A stretch of DNA of 64,000 nt, from positions 3,061-67,060 of the forward strand of contig QCGL01000009.1 of assembly GCA_003279935.1 (NCBI GenBank). Reading direction: 5' to 3'. The position numbers were made by a program, and so were the translations under genes. Origin of the DNA: Prochlorococcus sp. AG-388-A04. Lineage in GTDB: Bacteria; Cyanobacteriota; Cyanobacteriia; PCC-6307; Cyanobiaceae. Position 1 is the first letter of the stretch; every line of letters begins with the position of its first letter. A model generated the notes under the pieces. That model saw nothing but the letters and a program-made list of their open reading frames with translations, was not told where the DNA came from and made no database searches. Shown piece by piece: positions 37,029-49,232 of this stretch.

Positions 37029-37772
37029 TTACTTGCCTTTTGAACTATTTAAAAACCAGTTAATTTGATGAACGATTCCTCTCAAAACATTAATATCATG
37101 ACTTGAAGTCTTCGCTTTTAATAAAAATTTTTTAAATTTACTGATTTTTGAATTAGCTGTATGTTCTAAAAGATACCCAGTTTTAATAAGCATTTCTTCT
37201 ATTTCTTTAAAAGATTCATAAATTTGTTTTGATGATGCAAGGTCAAAAACTTGTAAATCTCTCTCTAAATTATTTGTTGAAGATTTATTTAATTCATACA
37301 AGATTATTGATACTGCATGAGATAGGTTTAAAGAAGGATAATTTTGAGAAGTGTTTATATTAAGAATCTTATGTGCAAAAAGTAATTCATTATTACTTAA
37401 TCCTCTATCCTCTCTTCCAAATAAAATTCCTAAATTATTAATCTCAACAAAAGATGAAATCCATTTAGAAATATCCTCAGGAGATTCACATTCAATATCA
37501 TTACTTAAATCAATCCTTCCACAAGTAGCAAGGACCAAGTCACAATCAAAAATTGCATGCTCAATAGTATTAAAAATTTTACAACTATCAATATATCTAT
37601 TTCCTTTAAGAGCCATTTTTTTTGCCTCTAAGGAAAAAATATCACATTTTGGAGAAACAATCCTTAATTCATTAACATCAAAATTAGAACATAATCTTGC
37701 GATGCTTCCAACATTTATAGGTCCATTTGGTTCGACCAATACAACATTCAAATTAAGACTTTTTTTCTTCAA
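37029..37772 (-). CDS. TrmJ/LasT-family SPOUT RNA methyltransferase
   Basis: VLVEP.GPINVGSIAR, FGREDRGL, SLNLSHAV. Confidence 0.9.
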   Translation of the reverse strand: MKKKSLNLNVVLVEPNGPINVGSIARLCSNFDVNELRIVSPKCDIFSLEAKKMALKGNRYIDSCKIFNTIEHAIFDCDLVLATCGRIDLSNDIECESPEDISKWISSFVEINNLGILFGREDRGLSNNELLFAHKILNINTSQNYPSLNLSHAVSIILYELNKSSTNNLERDLQVFDLASSKQIYESFKEIEEMLIKTGYLLEHTANSKISKFKKFLLKAKTSSHDINVLRGIVHQINWFLNSSKGK

Positions 37773-37777
37773 ATTTA

Positions 37778-38161
37778 TTACAAGCTATGTAAATACGTTA
37801 ATAAATTAGACATATTTTGAGGATCAATTTCAAAACTTGGCATAGGAGGAGTAACTCCCTCAATAACTTGTTTTATGATTTCTGAATCATTTAAACGCAG
37901 AGTTATTGAATGTAAATCTGGTCCAACTAATCCTCTCGCAGTAATACCATGGCATCCAACACAATTCATTTTAAAGAGAGTATCTCCATCTATAACAGAA
38001 CCCTTGAGTTCAAGAGTTTTAAGAATATATGTATTATTTTCTTCATGATTAAAATAAAAGTAAGAGCTACTAATTAATAAAATCACACAAACAATAAAAA
38101 ACCATTTCCAGATTTTCGTTTTCAAAGTTTTTTCTGCTGCAGATGATGAAGATGTTGTCAC
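37778..38161 (-). CDS. cytM: cytochrome cM
   Basis: N-terminal TM, CVGCH heme motif, GPDL, PPMPSF. Confidence 0.85.
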   Translation of the reverse strand: MTTSSSSAAEKTLKTKIWKWFFIVCVILLISSSYFYFNHEENNTYILKTLELKGSVIDGDTLFKMNCVGCHGITARGLVGPDLHSITLRLNDSEIIKQVIEGVTPPMPSFEIDPQNMSNLLTYLHSL

Positions 38162-38216
38162 AAAAAAATGTCTCTGTGTAACAATTGTGAATGAGAAATG
38201 AAAAAAATGCCAGAAA

Positions 38217-38336
38217 ATGATTGAACCTCTTTTATGTGGAATAGTTTTAGGATTAGTTCCAATAACCCTTCTAGGATTATTTGTTAGCGCGTGGAATCAA
38301 TATAGGAGAGGCTCAGGAATGTTAGATATGGATTAA
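38217..38336 (+). CDS. petG: cytochrome b6f subunit V (39 aa, below track cutoff)
   Basis: Hand translation [39 protein letters not shown]. Confidence 0.95.
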   Translation: MIEPLLCGIVLGLVPITLLGLFVSAWNQYRRGSGMLDMD

Positions 38337-38909
38337 AAAAGTCAATTTTGATTGACCATAAGTCCTAACATCATAAATCTTCCAGAGAATATTCGACTTA
38401 ATATCCATATCTAATGAATGTTCGCAAATTACAATAGTATCTTTCTTTATAAAATTACAATTAAATATTTGATTTAAAACTAATTCATGGTAATTAGCTT
38501 TGTATGGCGGATCTAAATAGATAAAGTCAAATTTTATTTTATCAAAATCATTTGAAGAGGAGATATTCCTCTCAGTGTTTGGCTTGGTCCAAATTAATAC
38601 ATCTTTGCAAATAACTTCAATATCTTTTTTTCGATTATCTATATTTTGCAATGAGTGAAGATTATTTAAACATATTTTTGAATTGTTTTTATTTTTTTCA
38701 ATAGCAACTATTTTTTTTGCTCCATGATTATAGGCTTCACAGGACACAGCACCTGTTCCACTAAATAAATCTAACCAATTAGAATTTTTTACAGTATTTT
38801 TCAAAATATTAAAAATTGCTTCTCTAACCATTAAGGTTGTTGGCCTAGTATCAATACTTCTTGGGCTTTCAAGCCTTCGTCCTCCTATTAACCTCAAATT
38901 TGTTTTCAT
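38322..38909 (-). CDS. rsmD: 16S rRNA m2G966 methyltransferase
   Basis: [27 protein letters not shown]. Confidence 0.93.
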   Translation of the reverse strand: MKTNLRLIGGRRLESPRSIDTRPTTLMVREAIFNILKNTVKNSNWLDLFSGTGAVSCEAYNHGAKKIVAIEKNKNNSKICLNNLHSLQNIDNRKKDIEVICKDVLIWTKPNTERNISSSNDFDKIKFDFIYLDPPYKANYHELVLNQIFNCNFIKKDTIVICEHSLDMDIKSNILWKIYDVRTYGQSKLTFLIHI

Positions 38910-38924
38910 ATATCACAAATCAAA

Positions 38925-39542
38925 TTATTGAATACTTTTAACCCATCGACGTAAAAGTTTTTCTCCGGTTTTCCCTGATTTTTCAGGATGAAACTGGCAA
39001 GCCAGTAAATTATCTCGTTCTATCATTGCTGTTAATTTTTCAGAACCATAACTAACATTAGCAGTTATTAAATTAGTATTTGAGGGCACTGCATGATAAG
39101 AATGAACAAAATATACCCAATTATTTAATTCATCCTCTTTTAATAAGCTATTAGTACTTGTTGGTATAAGTTCGCACCATCCAACATGAGGGGTTCTTTG
39201 ATCAGATAATTCAGGGATTTTTTTTATTTTGCCTTTTACTATTCCAAGTCCATTAGTTGATCCTTCCTCACTTGATTCAAAAAGTAGTTGCAATCCAAGA
39301 CAAATACCTAAAAATGATTTACCACTTTTAATCCAAATTTTAATATCGTTTATTAGATCTGTATTTTTGAGATTTTTGATTGCAGGGTCAAACGAACCCA
39401 CCCCAGGAAATATAAGAGCTTTACAGTCTTTTGTTTGATCTTTATTTTTAATTAAAATTATCTCTTGTTCAAGACTCTCTAAGGCTTTCGTTACTGAATG
39501 AATATTACCCATCCCATAATCTATGAGTCCTATTTTAGACAA
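38925..39542 (-). CDS. hisH: imidazole glycerol phosphate synthase glutaminase subunit
   Basis: PGVGSF, GICLGLQ, PHVGW, QFHPEKSG. Confidence 0.96.
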   Translation of the reverse strand: MSKIGLIDYGMGNIHSVTKALESLEQEIILIKNKDQTKDCKALIFPGVGSFDPAIKNLKNTDLINDIKIWIKSGKSFLGICLGLQLLFESSEEGSTNGLGIVKGKIKKIPELSDQRTPHVGWCELIPTSTNSLLKEDELNNWVYFVHSYHAVPSNTNLITANVSYGSEKLTAMIERDNLLACQFHPEKSGKTGEKLLRRWVKSIQ

Positions 39543-39551
39543 TGCCTTATT

Positions 39552-39875
39552 TTATAAGTGTTTAGATAAGGTACTTGAAAGAGTCGCTTTTGGTACTGCT
39601 CCAACAACAGTGTCAACTTTTTGACCACCTTTGAAGATCATTAAGGTCGGGATACTTCTGATTCCGTATTGACTTGCAACATTTGGATTTTCATCTGTAT
39701 TTAATTTAAATACTTTGATTTTACCTTCAAAGTCTTTCGAAATCTCCTCTACAACTGGTGCGACCATCCTGCAGGGTCCGCACCACGGAGCCCAAAAATC
39801 AACTAAGACTGGCAGATCACTTTGCAAAACTTCTTTGTCGAATGAAGAATCAGTTACGGCGGCGGCTGATGACAT
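39552..39875 (-). CDS. trxA: thioredoxin
   Basis: WCGPC active site. Confidence 0.97.
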   Translation of the reverse strand: MSSAAAVTDSSFDKEVLQSDLPVLVDFWAPWCGPCRMVAPVVEEISKDFEGKIKVFKLNTDENPNVASQYGIRSIPTLMIFKGGQKVDTVVGAVPKATLSSTLSKHL

Positions 39876-39968
39876 AATTTAGATATTCCTTTAGGAAAAT
39901 TTAGCAAGCTATTTTTTTAATTGATGATTTCATTACAGATAAAAACATATAAGTAACAAAACAAACTT

Positions 39969-40025
39969 AAAAAAGCCCGATAAATCGGGCGATTTGGTGT
40001 GTGAGGAGTATGGGGTTTCCCCCAT
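39969..40025 (-). ncRNA. yfr1: Yfr1 sRNA
   Basis: ATGGGGGAAACCCCAT hairpin, ACTCCTCACAC motif, GCCCGA-TTTA-TCGGGC-T6 terminator; sits in the usual guaB-trxA spacer. Confidence 0.95.
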
Positions 40026-40083
40026 AACTTAATAATAACTCCTAAAGAGAAATTTTTTCCATACTAAGATATAAGATTTTATG

Positions 40084-41247
40084 TTATTTACCCATTCCAA
40101 GTCGTTGGGCTTTTTGATAAACCTTGCCCTCTGTCAAGAGAGATGGTGCAATAACAATCTCAACTTTTTGCATTTCTTTAATATTTTTAGCTCCAAGAGT
40201 ACTCATTGATGTCCGTATAGCTCCAAGTAAATTATGTGTCCCGTCATCAAGTAATGCTGGTCCTTTTATGATTCTTTCTAAAGAACCTGTAGAACCTACC
40301 TCAATTCTTGTACCTCTCGGTAAAATTGGACTAGGGGTAGCCATTCCCCAATGAAATCCATTACCTGGGGCACTTGATGATTTAGCTATGGGGGAACCAA
40401 TCATTACAGCATCAGAACCACAAGCAAAACATTTACAAATATCTCCACCAGTAATAATTCCTCCATCTGCAATTATGGGAACATAACGACCAGTTTCTTC
40501 AAAATAATCATCTCTTGCTGAACTGCAGTCAGATATTGCTGTTGCCTGAGGGATTCCGATTCCTAAAACCCCTCTAGAAGTACATGCAGCGCCAGGACCG
40601 ATTCCCACCATAAGTCCTGCCACACCTGCTTTCATAAGCAGATTTGCGACTTCGTAAGTTACACAATTTCCAGCGACAACGGGAATTTTTAAAGATTTAC
40701 AGAGACTTTTAATATTTAATGTCTCCTTTCCGTCCATACCTAAATGCTCAGTTGAAACTACTGTTCCCTGCAGAAAAAATAAATCTATTTTTGATTTGAC
40801 AAGTGTTTCTTTAAATTTAATGGCAGCTTGAGGTGTCCCACTTAAAGCGGCTATCCCTCCTTTTTCTTTAATTTCATTAATTCTTTGTATTATTAGATCT
40901 TCTTTTATAGGTTCACTATATATTTTTTGCATTAGAGGAACGAATTCACTTTTCCCAACAGATGAGATTTGACTCAATATCTCTTTTGGATTTTCATATC
41001 TAGTTTGAATACCCTCCATATTAAGAACACCAAGAGCTCCTAACTTAGAAAGCTCTACAGCTGTATCTACATCAACCACACTATCCATTGCACTCGCAAT
41101 AATAGGAATTTGTCTTTTAATATTTCCAATTGACCAAGAAGGATTAGTTAAATCATAATCAAGAGTTCGAGTTCCAGGCACTAACGCTATTTCATCAATA
41201 CCATAAGCTCTTCTAACTTTTTTGTTTAAACCAATTTCAATATTCAC
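40084..41247 (-). CDS. guaB: GuaB3-type IMP dehydrogenase-related protein
   Basis: YGIDEIALVP, GIGPGAACTSR, IADGG; GTG 41247 preferred (track start 41316). Confidence 0.92.
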   Translation of the reverse strand: MNIEIGLNKKVRRAYGIDEIALVPGTRTLDYDLTNPSWSIGNIKRQIPIIASAMDSVVDVDTAVELSKLGALGVLNMEGIQTRYENPKEILSQISSVGKSEFVPLMQKIYSEPIKEDLIIQRINEIKEKGGIAALSGTPQAAIKFKETLVKSKIDLFFLQGTVVSTEHLGMDGKETLNIKSLCKSLKIPVVAGNCVTYEVANLLMKAGVAGLMVGIGPGAACTSRGVLGIGIPQATAISDCSSARDDYFEETGRYVPIIADGGIITGGDICKCFACGSDAVMIGSPIAKSSSAPGNGFHWGMATPSPILPRGTRIEVGSTGSLERIIKGPALLDDGTHNLLGAIRTSMSTLGAKNIKEMQKVEIVIAPSLLTEGKVYQKAQRLGMGK

Positions 41248-41426
41248 GATTTTTTTATTTATTCTGATTAAATTAACAACTAAAGGTGTAATAAGACAAT
41301 AATTATTGAAAAACAAAAGAGTTTTTTTATTATTTGTGTATAAATGTGAGTATTTGAAAATTAATTATTAGCTTTTTTTTATTCATTCTGACAATCAGGG
41401 ATTATTATTAAATAAAGGTTTTTTAT

Positions 41427-44024
41427 ATGTCTGATATTGTTGATTCTGAGAATTCTGGTTTGAGTGAAAATAACGATCGAATCATTCAGACTGATTTAAG
41501 AAATGAGATGTCGCGCTCTTACCTAGAGTATGCGATGAGTGTTATCGTCGGACGTGCTCTCCCTGATGCAAGAGATGGATTAAAGCCAGTTCATAGAAGG
41601 ATTTTATATGCGATGTATGAGCTTGGTTTAACAAGCGGTAGGCCATATAGAAAATGTGCGAGGGTCGTCGGAGAGGTTTTAGGAAAGTACCATCCTCATG
41701 GAGATACTGCTGTTTACGATGCATTAGTACGGATGGCACAGGATTTCTCTATGAGAATGCCACTAATAGATGGACATGGGAACTTTGGTTCCGTAGATAA
41801 TGATCCCCCTGCCGCGATGAGATATACAGAATCACGTCTTCAATCCCTAACAGATGAAAGTTTGCTCGAGGATATTGAATCTGAAACTGTGGATTTTTCT
41901 GATAATTTTGATGGTTCACAACAAGAACCAACTGTTTTACCAGCCAGGATCCCCCAACTCCTATTAAATGGATCATCAGGTATTGCTGTTGGAATGGCAA
42001 CTAATATACCTCCGCATAATTTAGGAGAATTAATTGATGGTCTTAAAGCTATAATCAAAAATCCCTCAACAGAAGATAAAGAACTTTTTGAATTAATTAA
42101 AGGACCCGATTTTCCAACTGGAGGCCAGATTTTAGGAAGAGATGGTATCAGAGAGACCTTCAAATTTGGCAAAGGGTCAATAACGATGAGAGGGGTTGCA
42201 GATATTGAACAAATCAAATCTCCTGGAAGAGCAGAAAAAGATGCTGTAATAATCACTGAGCTTCCATTTCAAACTAATAAAGCATCTCTTATAGAAAGAA
42301 TCGCAGATCTAGTAAATGAGAAAAGATTAGAGGGTATATCAGATATTAGAGATGAAAGTGATAGAGATGGTATGAGAATTGTAATTGAGCTTAAAAGAGA
42401 TGCCTATCCTCAAGTTGTTCTAAATAATTTATTTAAAATAACACCTCTACAAAATAACTTTAGTGCAAATATTCTAGCTCTTGTCAAAGGAGAACCCACA
42501 ACCCTTTCTCTTAGAAAAATGCTAGATGTATTTTTAGAATTTAGAATTGAAACAATAAAAAGGAGAACAAGTTTTTTATTAAAAAAAGCAGAGGAGAGAG
42601 ATCATATTATCAAGGGTCTTCTTTTAGCTCTTGACGCTATGGACAACATTATAAATTTAATAAGATCTGCAAAAGATACGAATTCAGCGAGAGAACAACT
42701 GCAAAATGATCATGAATTATCTGTAATCCAAGCAGATGCAATTTTACAAATGCAATTAAGAAGATTAACAGCTTTAGAGGCCGATAAAATTAAAGCAGAA
42801 CATGATGAGCTTACAAGAAAAATTACAGATTACAAAAATATATTGAATGATAAAGAGAGAATAAATGAAATTATTCTTGAAGAGCTTAGTAAAATAGATG
42901 AAAGATTTTCATCTCCGAGAAAAACAGAAATTCTCAATTTAGGCGGGGGGCTAGATGATATCGACTTAATAGCTAACGAAAGATCCGTTGTTTTATTAAC
43001 GACTGCAGGATACTTAAAAAGAATGCCTGTAAGTGAATTCGAATCTACAAGCAGGGGGTCTAGAGGTAAAGCTGGAACAAAGAATCAACAAGATGATGAA
43101 GTTAAATTATTCATAAGCTGCAATGATCATGATAATCTTTTACTTTTCAGTGACAGAGGGGTAGCTTATGCACTCCCAGCTTATCGAGTACCTATGAGTA
43201 GCAGAACAGCTAAAGGGACTCCCTCTGTTCAACTGCTCCCAATACCAAGAGAAGAACAAATTACTTCTCTTGTTTCAGTAGATTCTTTTGATAACGAGTG
43301 TTATTTATTAATGCTCACCAAAGCTGGATTTATAAAAAGAACTCCATTATCCGCTTTTTCAAAAGTACGATCAAATGGTCTTATAGCCATTAACCTAGAA
43401 GAAGGAGATGCTTTAACTTGGGTTAGATTATCAACAGAAGGAGATAGTGTCTTAATTGGGTCGAGCAAAGGAATGACAATTCATTTTAGGTTAGATATTC
43501 ATGAATTAAGACCTCTTGGAAGAACTGCTAGAGGTGTTAAATCAATGAACTTAAAAGAAGGAGATGAACTTGTATCAATGGATGTTTTAAGTTGTACAAT
43601 GGTTGATCAATTAGCAAATATTGAAGAGGAAGATATTGAGAATGACAATGAGGAAGATCTTGAAAGTAAGTCTTTAAAAGGACCTTGGGTTCTAGTGGCC
43701 AGTGCTTTTGGTCTTGGAAAAAGAGTTCCAGTTACAAAATTTAGATTACAAAAACGTGCGGGTATGGGACTAAGAGCAATAAAATTCAGAATCAAAAATG
43801 ATTCACTCGTCGGCCTTAAGGTTCTCGGAGAAGGTGAAGAAATACTTTTAGTTACCGAAAAAGGTGTAATTGTAAGAACTAATGCCGATAAAATCTCTCA
43901 ACAATCAAGAGCTGCTACAGGTGTAAAGTTACAACGACTAGATGATGGAGATCATTTATCCGAGGTTGTTTTGGTTCCTCATGAACAAATTGATGAAGAA
44001 GATCAAATAATTTCCAATGAGTGA
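41427..44024 (+). CDS. gyrA: DNA gyrase subunit A
   Basis: [22 protein letters not shown] catalytic Tyr, C-terminal beta-pinwheel repeats. Confidence 0.95.
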   Translation: MSDIVDSENSGLSENNDRIIQTDLRNEMSRSYLEYAMSVIVGRALPDARDGLKPVHRRILYAMYELGLTSGRPYRKCARVVGEVLGKYHPHGDTAVYDALVRMAQDFSMRMPLIDGHGNFGSVDNDPPAAMRYTESRLQSLTDESLLEDIESETVDFSDNFDGSQQEPTVLPARIPQLLLNGSSGIAVGMATNIPPHNLGELIDGLKAIIKNPSTEDKELFELIKGPDFPTGGQILGRDGIRETFKFGKGSITMRGVADIEQIKSPGRAEKDAVIITELPFQTNKASLIERIADLVNEKRLEGISDIRDESDRDGMRIVIELKRDAYPQVVLNNLFKITPLQNNFSANILALVKGEPTTLSLRKMLDVFLEFRIETIKRRTSFLLKKAEERDHIIKGLLLALDAMDNIINLIRSAKDTNSAREQLQNDHELSVIQADAILQMQLRRLTALEADKIKAEHDELTRKITDYKNILNDKERINEIILEELSKIDERFSSPRKTEILNLGGGLDDIDLIANERSVVLLTTAGYLKRMPVSEFESTSRGSRGKAGTKNQQDDEVKLFISCNDHDNLLLFSDRGVAYALPAYRVPMSSRTAKGTPSVQLLPIPREEQITSLVSVDSFDNECYLLMLTKAGFIKRTPLSAFSKVRSNGLIAINLEEGDALTWVRLSTEGDSVLIGSSKGMTIHFRLDIHELRPLGRTARGVKSMNLKEGDELVSMDVLSCTMVDQLANIEEEDIENDNEEDLESKSLKGPWVLVASAFGLGKRVPVTKFRLQKRAGMGLRAIKFRIKNDSLVGLKVLGEGEEILLVTEKGVIVRTNADKISQQSRAATGVKLQRLDDGDHLSEVVLVPHEQIDEEDQIISNE

Positions 44025-44058
44025 AGAAACTTAACAACCTTTAGATTAGAAAGTTCTT

Positions 44059-45270
44059 ATGGAAATTCTTGATATTTTAATATTAGGTTCTGGGCCTGCT
44101 GCATTATGTTTAGCTTCAGAATTAGCCAAACAAAATCTTAATATCAAGGGGATATCAACAAAATCTCCTTATGAAAAATGGGAAAACACTTATGGTATTT
44201 GGGCTTCTGAGTTAGAAGAATTTGGTTTGGCGTCTTTGTTATCTCATAGATGGTCAAATACTATAAGCTATTTTGGAGATGGAAAAAAGAAAAAAGGGAA
44301 TTATCCCACAAAACATTCTTATGATTACGGTTTAATTAATCAGGAAGCTTTTCAAAATGAACTTTTGAAGACCTGCAAAGGTATTCAGTGGTTGAATGAA
44401 ACTGCAAAATTAATTAAATCGGAAAACAAGATTTCTGAAGTGATTTGTTCATCAGGGTTAAAACTAAAGGCAAGATTAGTTATTGATGCAAGCGGACATA
44501 AGAGTAAATTTATAAAAAGACCATTTTTAAAAGAAGTCGCACAGCAAGCCGCTTACGGAATAGTTGGTAAATTTTCTACTCCTCCTGTAGAAAAAGAGCA
44601 ATTTGTTTTAATGGATTTTCGTTCTGACCATTTAGAGGATGAAGAGTTGTTAAAATCACCCTCTTTTCTTTACGCAATGGATTTAGGGAGTGAAACTTAT
44701 TTTCTTGAAGAGACATCACTAGCTAGTTATCCTTCTTTTTCAAAAGACCATCTAAAAAAAAGACTTTTAAGTAGATTAAATAATAAAGGTATAAAAGTAT
44801 TAGAAATTTTTCATGAAGAAAATTGCTTATTTCCTATGAATTTACCTCTACCATATAAGAACCAATCAGTTCTTGGTTTTGGAGGTGCCGCAAGTATGGT
44901 TCATCCCGCATCTGGATATATGATTGGATCTCTATTAAGAAGAGCTCCACTTCTCGCTAAAAAATTAGCAATCTTTTTGAAAGAACCAAACTATAGTTCA
45001 CTAGAATTAGCCACTAAAGGATGGTCAGTCTTATGGCCATATGAATTAATTCAAAGACATAGGCTCTATCAATACGGACTCAGGAGATTAATGAGCTTTG
45101 ATGAAAGTAGATTAAGATGTTTCTTTTCTAATTTTTTCAAATTATCAACGGAAGAATGGGTAGGTTTTCTAACCAATACTCTTCCATTACCTAAATTGAT
45201 TTATGTAATGAGTAAAATGTTTATAAATTCACCATTAAAAGTTAAGCTTGGGATGTTAAAGATAAAATGA
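44059..45270 (+). CDS. crtL: lycopene cyclase (CrtL type, likely beta)
   Basis: GSGPA FAD motif, NTYGIW, FLEET, GGAASMVHPASGY. Confidence 0.9.
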   Translation: MEILDILILGSGPAALCLASELAKQNLNIKGISTKSPYEKWENTYGIWASELEEFGLASLLSHRWSNTISYFGDGKKKKGNYPTKHSYDYGLINQEAFQNELLKTCKGIQWLNETAKLIKSENKISEVICSSGLKLKARLVIDASGHKSKFIKRPFLKEVAQQAAYGIVGKFSTPPVEKEQFVLMDFRSDHLEDEELLKSPSFLYAMDLGSETYFLEETSLASYPSFSKDHLKKRLLSRLNNKGIKVLEIFHEENCLFPMNLPLPYKNQSVLGFGGAASMVHPASGYMIGSLLRRAPLLAKKLAIFLKEPNYSSLELATKGWSVLWPYELIQRHRLYQYGLRRLMSFDESRLRCFFSNFFKLSTEEWVGFLTNTLPLPKLIYVMSKMFINSPLKVKLGMLKIK

Positions 45271-45275
45271 GATTC

Positions 45276-46859
45276 TTATAATTGCCAATCTTTAATTCTT
45301 ATATCAGGAAATATTTTATCTTCTTCTTCAATATTTTTGAGAAATTTATAATCAATAAAAGATTTATTTTCTAACATCTCAATTAATCTCCAGAATCTAA
45401 AAAGATGTCTATCAATCCTTTCTTTAGCAAGTTCAGTTGTAGTTCCCGCCTTTAAAATAAAACTCCAATCAGAGGATTCAGAAAGAAGTAACTCTCTTGC
45501 TGCTTGCTTTAATAATCTTATAGATAAATCATCATTAAAATTCTTACTCGATAATTCAACAAAAACAGAACCTGCTTTTGTGATTTCTGGAACTATCCAT
45601 GCATTTTTATCATTAAGCCAGTATTTATGAAATCCGCCTTGACCCCAGCTTGAAGGAGATGGATCACAAATTTGAAGGTTAGGATTTTGTATGAGAATTT
45701 CCCTTAGGTTTGTAAGCTTAATGAAATATTTTGTAGATTTTTTTAGTATATTTTCAATAAATCTTGGTCCTTCATACCACCAATGTCCAAATAGTTCAGC
45801 ATCAAATGGAGCAATTAATAGAGGTTCGAATGATGCGGATAAAGAAAGGTTCTTTAATTGTTTAGATCTTGATAAAAGATAATTATCAGCATGTTCTTCA
45901 ACTTTTTTTATAGCTTCATCTTCTATATAAAATTCTTTTTTGCCTAATGAACACTCATTATTTGTAATTCTATGAAATTTCAATCCTAAAGGCCTGCTTG
46001 TTGGAATTCCTTTTTTTTGTAGTTCTGTGGAAGACAATTCCCACCCTAAGTCTTTATGGAATTCCCTATAAACTGGATTTCCTGGGTATCCCTCTCTTGA
46101 GGACCAAACTGGCAATGTTGATTCACCATCTCTTCCAAAAAAAGCTACCCCTTTATTTGAACAAATGGGTGCATATACACCATACCTTGGCCTTGGTGAT
46201 CCATTTAAAATTCCATGACCATCTAAAACTGCATATCTAATTCCGCAATTAAGTAATATGTCATCAAGATTTTCATAATAAGCACACTCAGGTAACCAAA
46301 TCCCTAAGGGTCTTGTTCCAAAAATAACTTCATGACTTCTTATTGCAGTATTTATTTGACCCAAGACTGTTTCAGGGTTTTCTCTAAGGATTGGTAAATA
46401 TCCATGTGTTGCCGCACAAGTAAGGATATCTAAATTTCCAGTCAAATTTAAATTTTTAAATCTTTCAATTAAATCTCCAGAACATTTTTCCCAATATAAA
46501 TAATTATTTTTAATATTTCTCAGAAGAAATTCAGATGCAGCTTGTTCTTTTGTAGGTAAATCATTCAAAAATTCTATTCTTGTTTTAATCCAAGATGAGT
46601 ATTTCTTTTGAATTTGTTTATTTTGAAGAAGTGACAATAAGGTTGGAGATAAACTAAGCGTTAATTTTGTATTGCTAGTATTTTGCTTTTTGCTTGATTC
46701 CATTACTTGAAGTAATGGAATATAACATTCGAGTATTGCTTGGAATAACCAATCTTCTTCTAAGGAATTTTTTTCATTTTTTCTAACATAAGGCAGATGA
46801 GCATGTAGAACTATTGCCAATCTGCCTAAGTAATTTTTATTAGGGAGAGGCCCATTCAT
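45276..46859 (-). CDS. GH57 family glycoside hydrolase (DUF1957, branching-enzyme type)
   Basis: HAHLPYV, WLPECAY, PFDAELFGHWWYEG, SSDWSF. Confidence 0.92.
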   Translation of the reverse strand: MNGPLPNKNYLGRLAIVLHAHLPYVRKNEKNSLEEDWLFQAILECYIPLLQVMESSKKQNTSNTKLTLSLSPTLLSLLQNKQIQKKYSSWIKTRIEFLNDLPTKEQAASEFLLRNIKNNYLYWEKCSGDLIERFKNLNLTGNLDILTCAATHGYLPILRENPETVLGQINTAIRSHEVIFGTRPLGIWLPECAYYENLDDILLNCGIRYAVLDGHGILNGSPRPRYGVYAPICSNKGVAFFGRDGESTLPVWSSREGYPGNPVYREFHKDLGWELSSTELQKKGIPTSRPLGLKFHRITNNECSLGKKEFYIEDEAIKKVEEHADNYLLSRSKQLKNLSLSASFEPLLIAPFDAELFGHWWYEGPRFIENILKKSTKYFIKLTNLREILIQNPNLQICDPSPSSWGQGGFHKYWLNDKNAWIVPEITKAGSVFVELSSKNFNDDLSIRLLKQAARELLLSESSDWSFILKAGTTTELAKERIDRHLFRFWRLIEMLENKSFIDYKFLKNIEEEDKIFPDIRIKDWQL

Positions 46860-47097
46860 AGTTTTTTTAAGATTATGATTAAAATTTCGTTTAAAATGTC
46901 AAAATTTACTTTTAGGCAAATATTTAATTATTTAATTTTTTTAAATAATACTTTATTAAACAAATATAAAAACTTTTTATTTATAATAAGTTAATCAATA
47001 ATTAATAAGATATTGATTCATATAGAATAGATTTATTTATCCGTGTCTAGTAATTTTTTTTTAATTAGCTTAATATAGAAGTAATCGTAATAAATTA

Positions 47098-48738
47098 ATG
47101 TCCAGAGATCCTGGCAGAATATTGATCTTTGATACAACATTGAGAGATGGTGAGCAATCTCCTGGTGCGAGTTTAAATCTTGAGGAAAAGCTTGCAATTG
47201 CACATCAACTTGCAAGATTAGGAGTAGATGTTATTGAAGCAGGATTTCCATTTGCTAGTCCTGGAGATTTTAAGGCAGTAAATAAAATTGCTGAAGTAGT
47301 TGGTGGAGAAAATGGTCCAATAATTTGTGGTTTGGCTAGGGCTTCTACAAATGATATAAAAGCTTGTTACGAAGCTATAAGCCCAGCCCCTAAAAAAAGA
47401 ATTCATACCTTTATAGCCACTAGTGATATCCACCTAAAACATAAACTTAGAAAAACACGAGCAGATGTTCTTTGTATAGTTCCTGAAATGGTTAGTTACG
47501 CTAAATCATTAGTTGATGATGTTGAATTCTCTTGTGAAGATGCCTCAAGGAGTGATCCTGAATTTCTTTATGAAGTAATTCAACTAGCGATAACATCAGG
47601 AGCTACAACAATTAACATTCCAGATACAGTTGGTTTCACAACTCCAAGTGAATTTGGGAAGCTTATTTTTGATATTAATAAAAATGTTCCAAATATTGAT
47701 GAAGCTATAATTTCAGTTCATGGTCATAATGATTTAGGATTAGCTGTTGCCAATTTTCTAGAAGCAGCAAAGAACGGAGCGAGGCAATTAGAGTGCACAA
47801 TAAATGGAATAGGTGAAAGAGCTGGGAATGCCTCCCTAGAAGAATTAGTTATGGCGTTACACGTGAGGAAAAGTTTTTTTAATAGTTTCTTTGGAAGAAG
47901 TTCAGATTCCCCTACTCCACTAACAGCCATAAGAACAGAAGAAATCACAAAAACTTCAAGATTAGTATCTAACTTAACTGGAATGAATGTTCAGCCTAAT
48001 AAGGCAATTGTTGGTGCAAATGCTTTTGCTCATGAGTCGGGAATCCATCAGGATGGTGTACTTAAAAATAGACTCACATATGAAATTATTGATGCAAAAA
48101 CTGTTGGTTTGAATGATAATAAAATTTCATTAGGGAAACTTAGTGGAAGAAGTGCCGTAAGAGCAAGATTGGAAGAGTTGGGATACGATTTAAGTAGAGA
48201 AGACCTGAATGATGCTTTTGCTCGTTTCAAAGATCTCGCTGATAGAAAACGAGAAATTACTGATAGAGATTTAGAGGCTATTGTTAGTGAACAGGTTCAA
48301 CTTCCGGAATCTAAATTTCAACTAAGTCATGTTCAAGTTAGTTGCGGCAGTACATCCAAGCCTACAGCGACAGTAACTCTTATAAATACAGAAGATCATA
48401 CTGAAGATACTGCTGTCGCAATAGGTACTGGGCCTGTAGATGCGGTTTGCGAAGCACTAAATGCATTAACTAAAGTTCCCAATGAACTAATAGAGTTTTC
48501 AGTAAAATCTGTAACCGAAGGGATAGATGCCTTAGGGGAAGTTACTATAAGAATAAGGAACAAGAACAAAATATATTCAGGCCATTCTGCGGATACAGAC
48601 GTAGTTGTTGCTGCTGCGAATGCTTTTGTAAATGCTTTAAACAGGCTTGTCTTTTCAGAGAAGAAAAACTCTATTCACCCCCAATTTGATAATTTAGAAA
48701 ATCCAAAAAAAAAGATATTATCAAATCCTAAAAAATAA
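47098..48738 (+). CDS. leuA: 2-isopropylmalate synthase
   Basis: [41 protein letters not shown]. Confidence 0.97.
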   Translation: MSRDPGRILIFDTTLRDGEQSPGASLNLEEKLAIAHQLARLGVDVIEAGFPFASPGDFKAVNKIAEVVGGENGPIICGLARASTNDIKACYEAISPAPKKRIHTFIATSDIHLKHKLRKTRADVLCIVPEMVSYAKSLVDDVEFSCEDASRSDPEFLYEVIQLAITSGATTINIPDTVGFTTPSEFGKLIFDINKNVPNIDEAIISVHGHNDLGLAVANFLEAAKNGARQLECTINGIGERAGNASLEELVMALHVRKSFFNSFFGRSSDSPTPLTAIRTEEITKTSRLVSNLTGMNVQPNKAIVGANAFAHESGIHQDGVLKNRLTYEIIDAKTVGLNDNKISLGKLSGRSAVRARLEELGYDLSREDLNDAFARFKDLADRKREITDRDLEAIVSEQVQLPESKFQLSHVQVSCGSTSKPTATVTLINTEDHTEDTAVAIGTGPVDAVCEALNALTKVPNELIEFSVKSVTEGIDALGEVTIRIRNKNKIYSGHSADTDVVVAAANAFVNALNRLVFSEKKNSIHPQFDNLENPKKKILSNPKK

Positions 48739-48828
48739 TTTAGTTTTGGGATTATTAAGTTAAGCCGAAAACTAGTCGCCTAATAATGTAGATTAAAGCT
48801 TTAATTTTATATTTAATCAACTAAGTTA

Positions 48829-49221
48829 ATGAGAGATAGGGTATTAGGATATTGGACTCTTGCATGGGTTGGTTTAATAGGTAATATCATTGCTTTACCC
48901 ATAATCGCTTTAATAGTTAGTTATGGGCCTCCATTAAAAGTGGCTAATATTACTCTAGCTATAAGTATTGGTTGGCCTGCTGCAATAGTTGGAATAGTAT
49001 CTGCTTCTGCTCTTTTAGCGGAGAAGAAATGGGGTATTACCTTAACTCAAGTATCTCTTTCAATGATAATTTCTGGAACAGCTCCATATTCTATTTTTCG
49101 ATTAGTCGCCCTTAAAGATATTTTTGGAATTGGAGGTATTACACTTTTGTCCACGTTATTTGGTATCTTAGCTTTAATATATTGGTGTAATCCGAGACAT
49201 CGAAGAAATATTAGATTATAA
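48829..49221 (+). CDS. hypothetical four-TM membrane protein
   Basis: 130 aa with four hydrophobic helices. Confidence 0.7.
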   Translation: MRDRVLGYWTLAWVGLIGNIIALPIIALIVSYGPPLKVANITLAISIGWPAAIVGIVSASALLAEKKWGITLTQVSLSMIISGTAPYSIFRLVALKDIFGIGGITLLSTLFGILALIYWCNPRHRRNIRL

Positions 49222-49232
49222 AAAATATTAAA